Notes under the pieces: generated by a model
The model's input: only the letters and a program-made list of their open reading frames with translations
Database searches by the model: none
What the model was told of the DNA's origin: nothing
Position numbers and translations under genes: made by a program
In this document: piece after piece, positions 25,374 through 39,017 of the stretch
Numbering within the stretch: the first letter of the stretch is position 1
How the letters are laid out: each line of letters opens with the position of its first letter
Assembly: GCA_951406725.2 (NCBI GenBank)
Contig: OX597826.1
Location: forward strand, 57,722,001 to 57,786,000
DNA from: Octopus vulgaris
Lineage: Eukaryota
DNA: 64,000 nt
Reading direction: 5' to 3'

Positions 25374-27688
25374 CCTCTTCTTCCTTTCTTTCTTGTTATC
25401 TCTCTCTGGTTGACCAGTTTCACAACCAACCACTTACAAAACCAACAATCCGAGTTGGACAAGTAATCTTTCTTGAATATTCCTGAATGGGCAGGTGATG
25501 CCAGTCAGGTGTACTAATCAGAGATGCTCTTGATAAGTGGATTAAGAAGCTTAGAGAAATGGGTAGTGGGTTGCTAGAATGCAAAAGTCTTCCAGCTTAG
25601 CTCCTATTGGACCCTGAGAGAACAGCATTAGGAAATCAAAACTGGCAGCACACAATTTTGCCAACATTTTTAAGAACTAGAAAAATAAACAAATATATGC
25701 ACAAGAAAATTAACTGTCACTTTTTCTTTTCCCCAGCACCCTTCATGGAAAGAGACAGAATTATAGTGAGAATATGGTATAGTGCAACATTTTTTTTTTT
25801 ACACATTTTGTAATCCAATCAGTTGTAACAAGTGACAGCATAAAATTAATTATTCAAAAATGCAACAATTACCATTTGTTAAATTCTGTCTTGCTAATAG
25901 AATTTCACAGTTGCATAGCAACAGAAAGAGAAACAACCATTCTTTAAAATATATTTATGTGTGTTTGTTTTTCTGTGAATGAGTGAGTGTCTGTGCGTTT
26001 CAGTAAAAAGTTGCATAGATATTAAAACACAAACAGAAAAAAAGATGCGTTTGTATGTATGTGCATGCATGTGTGTGCGTGCGCACGTGAACGCGTGCAT
26101 GTGTGCATACGTGCTTGCACACATGTGTGCTCTCTCTCTCTCGCACACAATTTTCTGTTGTTGACTATTATGAAAACACAGCCGTCTTACTCTATATTCT
26201 TCAACCAGTAATCAATTTACCTGGGAACTAAAAACGTTTCTTCTGTGACCAATGTGTTTGTTCTATTTGTTTATTTTTGCATGTGTTTCTGATAATGTTT
26301 TCACGTGCCAACAAATGAAATTTTGTTTTAGACTACTAACAAAACATACAGCCACAATGCTCATGTAAATGTGCACACACACACACACGCGTGTGTGTGT
26401 AACTTGATAAGTATCACAATGACAAAATTAGTTAATAAAATATATCTGTTGAGACCTTGAGACTATTCAGTTGTTATTCCAAGTAAAGTTACACAGAAAT
26501 TTAATCCTTTAGAAATGAGTACTTAGTGCTCTATGTTTGGGGCAATGTACAGAAAAATGGCGCAAAAATCTATTTGAAAGTCGAACAACATCCCTTTACC
26601 TGTTGATAGGCATAGAATAAGAAAACAAAATAATGAAATTAAAGATGAAATAAGAACCAAATCTGTGCAATATTTATATATGTTAAACAGTCCCTACCAT
26701 TGTCTTCTAAAATGCAAATATTTTCTATCAAGAGTTCACTTAGTTCTTATTCAGAGATTTTTCTGCTAATATTTACCATCAGCAACACCACAAAAATAAT
26801 GGTTTACAACCATTTCTCTACTCATCTTCTAGTTTTCAGCCAACAGCTAAGCAATTCATTATAAAAATAGAGAGAAATGAGCCACCTGGTTTAGTGATGC
26901 CAACCCCCTTATTAAGTTGCAGATAACATTTTTTAAATCCAAGACAAAGAGTTCCAGTTTGCTGTGAAGACTAATCAAGGCTATCTCTTGAGAGAACATA
27001 GCAAACCGCACATGAAAGAAATACCAAGTAATTAGCAAAAATCAACTGATAGGGTCAACCGTTTAGAACAAGAGTAAGGGTATATAAGATTTCAAGTGCC
27101 CTCTTAGATAATGGCAAAAGAAGCAAAATCAAAACAAAAAGGAAAAAAAAAACCGAACATATGTTGGCCATCAGGCAGCAGTTCTGAGAACCATAAATTG
27201 AAACTAGTAATAAATATATAAATAAATATTACAAGAGAACAGTTCTGGTTCTCTTTATTATTTATTAGCAGTTCTTGGCTATATTCCACAATTACCTTCC
27301 ATTATCATCTCCTCATTAATTTAACAGTATTTCCATACGGGTATTGATTAGTTTCAACACTCTGATCGAAAGAACAATATATAACCTCAACCAACAGATG
27401 ACTAGCAAGTTAAAGCTTCAGTGCTTTCGGGCAATGAACTCTAAAAGAAATCTAAAATAAACTAATAACCAAGGAGTAAATCTGTGACATTCATATGAAA
27501 TATTAACCCTTTTTAACTTCTTTCTTTTTTTATAATAATAACAAAAATAATTAGCTTAGGTTTTACAAGGTAAACTAGGTAGGACTTTAAACAATATAAG
27601 ATAGTAAAATCATGCGACACTTTCTTATTGAGAAGTTTATGCCAAATTTTACTTTTTATATATAACCACTATTATAGCACAACTAATT

Positions 27689-27760
27689 ACATATAACCTA
27701 CATATAATCTACATATAATCTACCATATACTCTACATATTTACATATAATCTACCATATT
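27689..27760. repeat. ~11-bp minisatellite (TACATATAATC)n
   Basis: About 6 degenerate units. Confidence 0.7.
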
Positions 27761-27833
27761 AATCAATGAAATGCTGAGTTGCATTTGAGTGAATTTATTA
27801 TATGCCCACCTTGGGGCTGAAAGAGTGTTAGTT

Positions 27834-28239
27834 ACTCTTTTACCTGTTTCAGTCATTTGACTGCAGCCATGCTGGAGCACCGCCTTTAGTCGAGCAAATC
27901 ATCTCCAGGACTTATTCTTTGTAAGCCTAGTACTTATTCTATCGGTCTCTTTTGCTGAACCGCTAAGTTACGGGGTCATAAACACACCAGCATCGGTTGT
28001 CAAACGATGTGGGGGGGGGGGGGGCAAACACAGATATACAAGCATACACACATATATATATACATATACATATATACGATGGGCTTCTCTCAGTTTCCTT
28101 CTACTAAATCCACTCACAAGGCTTTGGTTGCCCCGAGGCTATAGTAGAAGACCCTTGCCTAAGGTGCCACGCAATGGGACTGAACCCGGAACCATGTGGT
28201 TGGTAAGCAAGCTACTTACCACACAGCCACTCCTGTGCC
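27834..28239 (-). mobile_element. SINE A, full length
   Basis: Matches the family consensus; internal G run. Confidence 0.9.
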
Positions 28240-28462
28240 TATAAAATCTATGGAACAGGAGAATTTAAAAAAAACTAAAATTAAAAGGCTGCTTAGATAT
28301 ACAAAGGACAGTTCCCAACCTAGTCCTTAGCACTATACAAATACTATCTTCAAACATCCAGAGCTCTACTACAAGATCTTAAAAGCACTATCTTACCCAC
28401 TTAATTAAAAAATCTAAAAATACCACACATGCACACATAGAAATATCTGCAGCATCTACAAT

Positions 28463-28632
28463 AATAGAAATATCAAATTGACAGACCAAGTTATGAAACT
28501 GAAAAAGTTACAGTGATTTGGAAGAGAATTATTTCACACATGATGAAGTTCAGTTTTGTGCTTGGAAGACAACTGCATGAATAGTACTTAGGAAGAATCC
28601 ACTTTTCCTTGTATTTTTAACCTGGAGAAGGC
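28463..28632 (+). repeat. Dispersed direct copy of 31443-31620 (decayed RTE RT segment)
   Basis: AATAGAAATATCAAATTGACA..CCAAGTTATGAAACTG...TTTTTAACCTGGAGAAGGC occurs at both sites. Confidence 0.9.
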
Positions 28633-30760
28633 CTCACTAACCCCAAATACTGTCTTGATATGCATACCACCAACTATAAATGCCAAAGAACAGTCAGCCA
28701 AAGACCATCTTACCAACATCTTCTACTGTGACCACTAACATGATCAGATACTCTTACAGTGTTGGGACATATTAGAAATGCTCACATCACAAATCTACAG
28801 AACCAATACTATAACTGCCATGTCAAAGTAGTCTACAATAGGATTGAATTAAACAAACACATTTAAATCTATAGCAAAATGATAACTTTCTAACTCCAAA
28901 TTTTACCATACAGTCTGAAAATTTAAATAATCAGAGTGTTTAAATAACTCTACAAACAATACAAATTCTCACCAACTTCAATAAAGCAAAGAGGAGAAAC
29001 TTTTCTTTCCTTTTTTTTCTTTATCTTAGTGTCTGTTAAATACATTCAAAAATATTTGCTAATTAACTGCTTAGAAATTTCCAATGATAAATATTGTTTT
29101 AGAAAGTTCAGTTCATTTCTGGCTGAATTTTATGTGAAAATTATTTTGATCTAAACAAATATTAAAACAAACTATGATCATTAATTTACATTTCAGACTG
29201 AAAAATATTAAGACAACAACAAAATAATAAACCTATTGCAAAATAAAAGCTTTGACTTTGAACTGAGGCAAAAACAGCCTTGACCCTTCCTTCTTAGCTG
29301 ACTCCAGTATCTAACTGGTATCCTGGAAGGATAAAACTTCAGCTTTGGCTAAACAAAATCCACTGAAGCTAGAATACTTACCATGGGTGCAAATAACAGT
29401 ATCAGAGGTGATGCTAGTTGCAACAGTGGGATGTTGAACTACTAGCCAATGTTGCAGAGTATTTAAAAGAAAAACTGCTAAGTGTAATAATCAGAAGCTT
29501 CACTATAAAATTGTTAGATATTTCATTGATCTATAATACTGAGTTCAATTCCTCTCATGGAGTATAAGCTGGGAAAGTATCTAATTTTCACAGCAACTTG
29601 CTCAAGGTATAGTACACATAAAAAATTGTCTTTCGTTGTACCTCTGTAATCCAATGGAATTATGACACACCAAATAAAAAGATAATATATTTTTACAAAA
29701 TGTAGAATATGTCAGCTCTTGCCTTGGTATATATTATATGACACTCAATCTACACCAGATATGACAGTGATAACTGTGCACCATTACATAGCAAGAATGT
29801 CAAAGAATAAAAAAAAAAAGTTCAGGATTATACAAAAAAAAGAAAAAAAGCTGTTGGAAATAAGTTAAAAGTGCAACTTGCTCAGCAACAACTAATTTAT
29901 ATTGACATATTTTAATGTTGTTTTCTTTGGGAGATACTGATATAACTCATCACCTTTTCAACAATACTTCAAAATGGCAGATATCCGCAATACAAAAATA
30001 AACTCAAGTAAATTAGAGAACTTAATTATCTAACATAAAAGTTCTAAAGGAAAATAAAATAAAATGTAGCAAATTATAAAAACTAGAATGAACAAAAGTC
30101 AGGAAAATCTGATAACAGTGTTACAAAGTAATAATACAAAGTACTAGAATAATATGAAGTAAAGAACTGCAATATTTTAAACTCGACTAAATTTAATTAC
30201 AATAAGGGCAACACCTATACTTGAGGCTCATGGCACTTTTGAAAACTTCGTATTTATTTATTTTCTTAAACTGTGAAGTCAGAAATTCTTATTGTTATTG
30301 ACAATGAAGTTCTGAACATGCCATATCAATAGTATGATTGTGAACTTGTGACTGTAAAAGAGCATTCATTTTAGAGAATATACTCGACATTTCAGGTCTC
30401 AGACCAGAATTGTGGCTAGTACAATGTCTCAACTAGACAGACGGTGAGAGAAATAGTATGGTGGATAATACCATAGAGGCTAAGTGACAAACCTGGAAAG
30501 ATCGGGAGGAAGTGGAACTGCAAAAAGCAGTGTCAATAGCTAGACAACATTGGATATACTTAGCAAGAGAAAAGGCTGAAAGTGAGAGGTTGGCACATGT
30601 TCAGTGTCATGAGTATCAGAGGCATGACATGTTTCAAACAGCAAAGCAGTAAACGTGAAAGAAACAAAACACTGTCGGGAAGAAGTTTGTGTAGAATGAT
30701 AGTAATGCACTTGTTCTTAGTGATGCCAAAAAGAAAGAAATGCAAAAATGAAAAGAATGT

Positions 30761-31381
30761 ATGAATGAAAAAACCCTTCAGTAAATGCAACAGAGATGCC
30801 AACCATTAATATTAATAGTTGAAGAGTAAAAAGTGTGATTTAAGGATACAAAGGTAGTTACATCATCAAGTATAGGGACTGAGATGCTGAATATATCTGA
30901 AAAGATAGGTTATACCCTAGTCACTAAAAAAAACTCATTCATGTAGTAAAGAGATGAATCCTAACCAATGAATGAAAACCCTTCAGTAAATGCAACAGAG
31001 ATGCCAATCATTAATATTAATAGTTGAAGAGTAAAAAGTGTGATTTAAGGATACAAAGGTAGTTACATCATCAAGTATAGGGACTGAGATGCTGAATATA
31101 TCTGAAAAGATAGGTTATACCCTAGTCACTAAAAAAACTCATTCATGTAGTAAAGAGATGAATCCTAACCAATGAATGAAAAACCCTTCAGTAAATGCAA
31201 CAGAGATGCCAATCATTAATATTAATAGTTGAAGAGTAAAAAGTGTGATTTAAGGATACAAAGGTAATTACACCATCAAGTATAGTGACCGAGATGCTTA
31301 ATATATTTGAAAAGATAGGTTATACCTCTAGTCACTAAAAAAACTCATTCAGGTAGATAGTAGAGAGATGAATCCTAACCA
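30761..31381 (+). repeat. Tandem triplication, ~205-bp unit, inside the RTE fossil
   Basis: Units start at 30761, 30968 and 31172 (ATGAATGAAAA(A)CCCTTCAGTAAATGC...AATCCTAACCA). Confidence 0.95.
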
Positions 31382-32286
31382 AGGTTAGTATAGTAATATC
31401 AACTGATATAAAAGTAACTTAGCTGCACTAGACAGAGGCAACAATAGAAATATCAAATTGACATGCCAAGTTATGAAACTGAAAATGTTATAGTGATTTG
31501 GAAGAGAATTATTTCACACATGATGAAGTTCAGCTTTGTGCTAGGAAGACAACTGCATGAATAGTACTTAGGAAGAATCCACTTTTATAAGAATCCTTAT
31601 ATTTTTAACCTGGAGAAGGCTAAGTTCCATGCTCTGTAGTCTGGTGGTTGCTAAGGTAATTAAGGATGGATGAAAAGTCTGTGGGGGCCATACAAGCCAT
31701 GAGCAAAGGTACACTCGGCAAGATGAAAATTAGCTAAGTGTTGTTCAGTGAAAAATTTAGAATGCAGGTAGGTGTCCATCAAGAGTTGATCCTTAGCCCT
31801 ATCCTATTTATCATAACCTTTCATTTAAAACCAGCTGTTCTTGGGAAATACTGTATGCCAAAGGTCTCATTTTAATAGCTAAATTTGTGAAATATGTAGA
31901 GAAAAATTTCAGACATGGAAACAAAGCATAGACTGAAAAAGCTTGTAAAGTTTCAGTGAATAGGAAAGAAGACAGGACTCTACTAGCAACGACAATGAGA
32001 GTACACATGAAATAAATTCTCTGAAATGACTGGAAGTTTTCATAGGAGCTGGTGAACTAGACCTAATTTGCAATAGCCATGAGTGAACATGGCAACCAGA
32101 TTTAGAAAAGTGTAGGAAATGTTCAAGAAGCAATTATATCTACTGGCAGCAAAGGATTTTTCTCTCAGAATGAAGAACAGATTGTATGATGTTTGTATAC
32201 AATCTGAAATCTTGCTTGGTAGTTATACATGGATCTTGAGTGCAGAGGATTTGTGAAGGCTGGAAAGAAATGATGTTAGCATGCTC

Positions 32287-32440
32287 CATCATCATCATCA
32301 TCATCATCGTTTAGCATCCGTTTTCCATGCTAGCATGGGTTGGACGGTTCTACTGGGGTCTGTGAAGCCAGAAGGCTTCATCAGGCCCAGTCAAATCTGG
32401 CAGTGTTTCTACGGCTGGATGCCCTTCCTAACACCAACCA
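32287..32440 (-). mobile_element. SINE C 3' part inserted into the RTE LINE
   Basis: LINE coding sequence (...SML / QWM...) resumes on either side of the insertion. Confidence 0.85.
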
Positions 32441-33566
32441 GTGGATGTATAAAGTTAGTGTGCATGAAAAGAGTACAAAAAAAGTACAAAAGAGTACAAA
32501 AGAGCTGAGATAAAAATCGGGTATAAGAGGAGTTACATGTAATGTGCAAGAGAGAAAACTTCACTGCTTTGGACAATGATATGAGCTAAAAGACATGCCA
32601 AATGCTTGGAATGAATAGATTCTGAGGAAGACGGAGACTGAAGAAGACATAAAATGACATGGTAATTGGATTCATCGCAGGAATCTGAATTTCATGAAAG
32701 AGATGGCAAAGAACTGTAATGAGTAGTAACATGCAATACAGAACTACCTGCCCATGAAATGATGGCAAAACAGATGTTAAACGGTTTGTATTTAAGGAGA
32801 CTGAAATGTACAATATATCTTCATTTCGGTCTCTTACCCATTACTTATTACTGACATCTAGTATTCTTTTCTCTTCCCATTACTCTGTCTCTTTTACATT
32901 ACAACTTCCTGTGTGACTTATTGTTGACATATATCACTTTTTCCCACTCTTTTTCACTTCCATTAGTCTGTTTTCCTTCTATCACTCAAATTTTCCCCCC
33001 ATCACTCTTCTCAAACTGTTTGTCTTTTAACTCCTCATTGCCAACAACTAACATGTAGTTACCTATCACAGTCTCTCTTCCATTACTCCCTCCTCTGTAG
33101 AATAATGCTTCTCTTGATACACAAAGAGCAAGACAAGACAGTCATGATTAGAATGTTATTGATGAAAGATTTGGTAGATTCTACTATCTAGTAAAAAAGA
33201 TATAAAAACTTGTTTCCAAATTGAAGTTGTAGAAGTGTTAAAAATTCTGAACACATAAATGAGTAAGAAGAATTCTGAGGTTGTGCTTCTGAGTGAAAGA
33301 TAGTACATAAACATACTGATGTGATCATGCTCTGAACTACACTGTTTCACTGTCTTAAGGGACAATTATTATTTTAACAAAGCAAAAAAAGAAAAAAACT
33401 GCAGAGTGTGACACATTGGCGTATCAGCAGCGTGCACTATTGTAAAAACATTGCTAGAGTTATTTTTCTGCCAACTGTCTTACATTTTTTTTCCATCATT
33501 TTCTCAGTGCACACACATGCAATATAGAGTTGTATTTTGCTAACCACTGCATATTTCAAGCACGTC

Positions 33567-33569
<3 letters not shown>

Positions 33570-33625
<56 letters not shown>

Positions 33626-33633
33626 AGAGAGAG
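33570..33633. repeat. (GA)n microsatellite
   Basis: Read directly from the sequence. Confidence 0.95.
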
Positions 33634-34128
33634 AAGTAGAATTGAAGCACACAATTTTTCAAAATTGAATGAATAAATGAATTATTGTACATGTCAGCAA
33701 ATATGACTATATTTGAGGCTATGAAAAAAGAATATTATGTTAAATCATGTTATAACACTAGTTTTAATATTTGAACCATTAAATTTAGTGGTGAAAAAAT
33801 ATGTATTTTAAGGGTTGTTGTAGCACTTATAATAATGTGTTTGCATCAGTTACAGTACATGAAATTGTGGACTGGTATAAACAATTTTACTGATTACCTT
33901 ATATAGGAAGACAATGTTTAGGAATTATAATAAAACAATCTTGCAGTGATAATTATATGTCAACATTATATGAAAGAGGTAAACATAATCTGTTAAGGTT
34001 CTTAGTATAATTAGTGTGAAATTTGTCATTTTGTGCAGAATATCAAGCAAATATGGCACAAAATGAATATTTTGGGAAATAACATTTAGAGTTGTCTAAT
34101 GCAGTGATTGCATTGTACACTGGTTATA

Positions 34129-34308
34129 CTGTGTGGTAAGATGCTTGCATCTCAACCACATGATTCCATGTTCAATCTCACTACATGATATCTTGGGCAA
34201 GTGTTTTTTTTTACTATAGCCTCAGGCCAACCAAAGCCTTGTGAGTGGATTTGGTAGCTTGAAACTAAAAGAAGCCTGTTGTGTGTGTATGTATATATTT
34301 ATATATAC

Positions 34309-34401
<93 letters not shown>

Positions 34402-34646
34402 TAGATATAGATATATGTGTGCATGTCTTTGTGCTTGTGTTTGTCCCTCACCACTGCTTGACAACTGGTGTTTGTGTGTTTACATTCTTGTAACTTAGCA
34501 GTTTGGCAAAAGAGACCAATAGATTAAATACTAAGCTTTAAAAAATGTCTTGGGGTCAAATTGTTTGCCTAAAACCCTTCAAAGTGGTGCCCCAGCATGG
34601 TCGCAGTCAAATGACTGAAACATGTAAAAGATAAAAGATAGAAGAT
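34129..34646 (+). mobile_element. Older SINE A with expanded internal (TA)n(GA)n
   Basis: Head, CORE-like segment and tail are all recognisable; (ATAAAAG)n end. Confidence 0.85.
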
Positions 34647-34804
34647 TAGTAATTGACAGCATTAAAAGATAACTAATGTGCTGTGCATTTCTTGACTTGA
34701 CCATTTTAAGCAATGTAATTCGAAGCTGAACATGTCTTCCTTACCAAATTGGACCCTAATGAAATAAATAAAACTGAAGCAGCTAGATTAAATGCAGTTG
34801 TGAT

Positions 34805-35135
34805 ATAGCCCAGGTTAGCTTTGACAGAACAAGCTTTGACCAATGTCTTGACCAACTTCTTGACTTTTATATAGGCATCAAGAAGCTAGGAGAATGTTAT
34901 CCATTTGAATAAGTCATGCCATACATTCTCAATGAGCTGGATCCGCCCACTATCAGAACACATGACAACAACCCACAGACTGTAGTCAAAGTGCATCCAA
35001 AAAACTGACTTATCAAAATTTATCTCTGAGTCCTTCCTTTTTTCTAAGGCAGAAAGATATGACTTTTGGGATATTTGGCTGCTAATTCTAGCAGGGCAAA
35101 CAACCACATAGGGGCTCCTTCATTAGCTTGCAACT
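34805..35135 (-). mobile_element. Old SINE D fragment(s)
   Basis: AGCCCCAGGTTAGCTTTGA...; GATATTTGGCTGCTAATTCTAGCAGG...CTCCTTCATTAGCT, related to 5940-6070. Confidence 0.45.
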
Positions 35136-36320
35136 ACATCAATGTAAATGATGAGTGGAAAACAAACTTTTCAGAACTTGGGGAACTCAGAAAGAGAGTA
35201 TTTTAAATTTGAAAATAGCTTTTGTCAACAGCCACATCATTGTACAGCTGTGCTGATTGATGTGTCTGGGTTATGCTCAGAAAAGAGTAGAATATTTGAG
35301 AATGTCAGTCTATAATCAATACCTGACTACACAGAAAAGAAGAAAAGAACATTTTTGCTGTTTTAAATGACCATTCAAAGCAAATAGTTGAACTGTGTTT
35401 TAACATTATATCTATGGATGAAAGATCTAATTTAATAGATATTGCTTAATGTCTCGTATCTAACAGGAACTTAAATCCCTAGTGGAATGATAAAATATAT
35501 GAATTATGATTTGATATTTGATTTTACAAACTTTGAAGTCATTTGTGTTTCTGAGGTAACAAATATATGAGGAGAGTATGTAAGAGTAAAAAAGATATTA
35601 AAATGACTGGTTTTCCTGACAAATTTATCAAAAGGAAAATATACTAACATATTTATAATAGTATCTCTCAACATGTCATATTAGTCATAGCTTTGATGTT
35701 ATACTATATTTGTTCTAAACAATTAATATGTTCAACCTTTCAAGTCTAAGAGAAGATAGTATAATTTGACTTTTTTCTTATGCATCAAATTGAGGTGGTT
35801 AAGTTAAAGAAAAGAATTACAGTTTTATGAGAAGATATTTCAAAATTCTTAGAAAATAAACCAATTCCACTAGCTTGAAAATGAGAGGAGAATAATGACC
35901 ACTACTTTCGTGATATTACAGTATCAATGGAAAGATCAGATCTAAATGCCTTAGAACTGCAAAAAGCTACAAAATTACACGAAAACCATTCCAAGATCAA
36001 TTGACAAAATCTGAAATATATCATTTTCTCATTATGTAAAACTTAGAGTAACAGTGCCCAATGAGAATACAGAAAGTCAAGTGGTCTTCTGATTGAAGAA
36101 TTCAGTACTAAAGACCAAAGATTATTTCTACTTTGATCCAGACAAAGTATTTGTAAATTTATAGGAGCATCCCTAAGCCTTTATGTTTGGAAGTTTACTG
36201 AAATAAGCACAAAAATTAAATAGACAAATGTCATTGAAATGACAATCAAATCATTCAGTAATCTCAGAAGTGCTCATTCTCTACCAAGTAAAATGTATGT
36301 AATATTTTTCTATAAGTTGA

Positions 36321-36530
36321 CAAGCTGGCAGAATTGTTAGCACATCAGGTAAAATGTTTAGGCAGCGAGCTGGCAGAAACTTTAGCATGCCGGGTGAAAT
36401 GCAAAGCCGTATTTCGTCTGCCGTTACGTTCTGAGTTCAAATTCCGCCGAGGTCGACTTTGTCATCCTTTTGGAGTCAATAAAGTAAGTACCTCCAAAAT
36501 AACTGGCCTTGAACCAAAATTTGAAACCAA
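36321..36530 (+). mobile_element. SINE B with duplicated or nested head
   Basis: AAGCTGGCAGAATTGTTAGCAC...TTTA is followed directly by GGCAGCGAGCTGGCAGAAAC... Confidence 0.75.
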
Positions 36531-37742
36531 TATTCTTTTCTAATAAATTGAAGACCTTTTGAAATTATTCACTTCAAATATTGCTCCAGCACCACAACGA
36601 AATATGTGGGGTAAGTCGGTAAGATATATATTTTGTTACTTTTACAAAGTAGCTTATTCAAGAAGAAATGTTTTTACTAAATAGAACAGCTGTGGCTCAA
36701 TATATAAATGAAAATATCTATAAACAGTATTCATTATAGCACTACTTAACCAACCAATAACATGCAACAAATTCGCCTTACAGTAATATCAGTCCACATT
36801 ACTATTTGTGTCAATATGCACACCTGTTATATTATACAATACTTTAGGAAGGGTATTAAGGGTATATTGTTTTCAAGAAAATCATACATATGTTACTCTT
36901 TGAAGTTCATATTTCTAATGAAATACATTGCCTATATGTTTCAGTTAATTTTGAAAATAAACAAGAATTCAGATATTTAATATAATACCAAATTCAACAT
37001 TAAGTTGGTGTTTTCAACATTTCTTAACAGAAAGCTGTTATATAAAATTATAATTATCACATCACAAAGGTTTTAATTTAAATATGAATGAACAAAGTTA
37101 GTTTCTGGAGGGATAGAGTCAAAAAGGTTAAATACATAAAGCCTGAGCAGAATTTGATGCTGGTATTATAATATTCTATCATGAAGCCCATCAATACATC
37201 TCCAGATTATATAATTATATACTTCAAATAGCAGTGTGAATAAGCCAAAATATCATGTCATTACTTAAGTGTTAGATCATTCATTCTGTCAACAAAGTGG
37301 TACTTCAAATAACCATGGCTTATTAAAATATGTAATCTGAAATCAAGAGATATAAACTATGACGAGAGTTGAGTGGAAAAGCTCAATATTTACTAACAAT
37401 AATTATTATTATTAAATACAGTTATACTATGTAGGAATGCAGATATGCATGTTTGTATAAAATGAAGTGCAGAACTTGAGTAGTGAAGATGTGTCACTAC
37501 AGAAAATACAGATTATATATTCAAGTCCTGTTGTAAACATTTGATTGTGTCCATGGAAACTGCACATATTTGGCTTTATCATTCTAATGTATTGCAGGTT
37601 ACCATTACCTCTTCACAGTTAAGTGATTAAATGTAAAATGAGCATCCAAGTGTATATAAATTGGCATGAGTGTATATAAGCTGCATGTACAATACATTAA
37701 AAAAAAAATCATCTACCAACACTGATACAACAAAAACCCAAA

Positions 37743-37980
37743 TCTTTTACTTGTTTCAGCTGTTAGACTGTGGCCATGCTGGGGTACAACTTTGAAGAAT
37801 TTTAGTCGAGTGAACCGACCCCAGAACTTATTATTCTTTGTAAAGTCTGGTTCTCATTCTAAAGATCTCTTTTGCTGAACTGCTAAGTTACTGGGACACA
37901 AACATACTAACATTAGTAGTCAAGCCGTGGAGGGATACAAACACAGACACACATACATGGATATATATATATATATATAA
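37743..37980 (-). mobile_element. Older SINE A 3' half (5' half probably at 38420-38505)
   Basis: TTTTACTTGTTTCAG..TGTGGCCATGCTGGGG; CTCACAAGGCTTTG..GAAGACACTT further on. Confidence 0.7.
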
Positions 37981-38981
37981 AAAGTGTGTATAATTATGAA
38001 TAAATCACAATTATAACAGAGAGGGTTGCCAAAACCCTTACATGTCTAGAAATAGCAGTCAAAACCACTATAAACACTCGTATTTGATCTCTCCACAATA
38101 GAGATGTTGGTAGGCAACATGACATAAAATTCAAAACTTAAATAAAAGGTTAATTCTCTATTGCAATTTCAAAGTTAGGACTCAAATGGTTCCACTCTCT
38201 TCCAGAGAACATTCCTGTAGATACAAATTAACACAAAAAAAAAACTTACCTTGGGGCTTACATGTGTCCCAACTGGCAAGAATAATGTGTCAACCTCTAT
38301 CTACACATTCAAATTCTGAATTCCAATGTCATGCACAGCATTTATAAGAAAATCGAGCCATGGTCATACACCAGATATGAGTGAAAAATTAAATAATTAA
38401 AGAGGAATGTAAAAATATATATGATGGGCTTTTTTCCGTTTCCACCAACCAAATTCGCTCACAAGGCTTTGTTCAGCCTGAGGCTGAAGTGGAAGACACT
38501 TTCCCTTCTTACCAAACAGCCACATATGTGCCTTGAAGCTTCTAATAATTTCACAAAATAGTGAAGTTTTAGCTGAAGAATGGGTTCAGTATCAATGTAC
38601 AACTCTATGTATATTAAGTTATGATTGCACAAGAACAACCAGAGATGCACACACAAGTCGATGATGTAAACTCTAAGTCTTCACCATATTGAAGATTTCA
38701 TACTGAAAATCTATTTTCATTAGTGAATAAGAAAAGCAAAATTATCATTTTGCCATCATGATGTGCAATTTTCAATAAATAGAAGTGTAACAGTAATTTA
38801 GCATTTTAATCATCAATAGAAAACAAACATGAACTTTAACAACACAAGATTAAGAAGTAACCACGTTACTTTACATACTATCCCACTGAGTTTAGTACCT
38901 TGGGCAAGTGTCTTCTACTACAGCCTTGATTCAACCAATTAAGCAAAATTTGGGAGACAAAAAACATTTTAGAAGTCCATC

Positions 38982-39017
<36 letters not shown>

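Larger units (their letters stand above)
30400..32783 (+). mobile_element. Decayed RTE-clade LINE (RT domain to 3' end)
   Basis: Degenerate peptides YLAREKAE..; EMLNISEKIGY; LDRGNNRNIKL; NLEKA; QVGVHQELILSPILFII; WEILYAKGL (YADD region); RLERNDVSML. The 3' end is CCCATG...AACAGATGTTAAACG. Confidence 0.85.
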
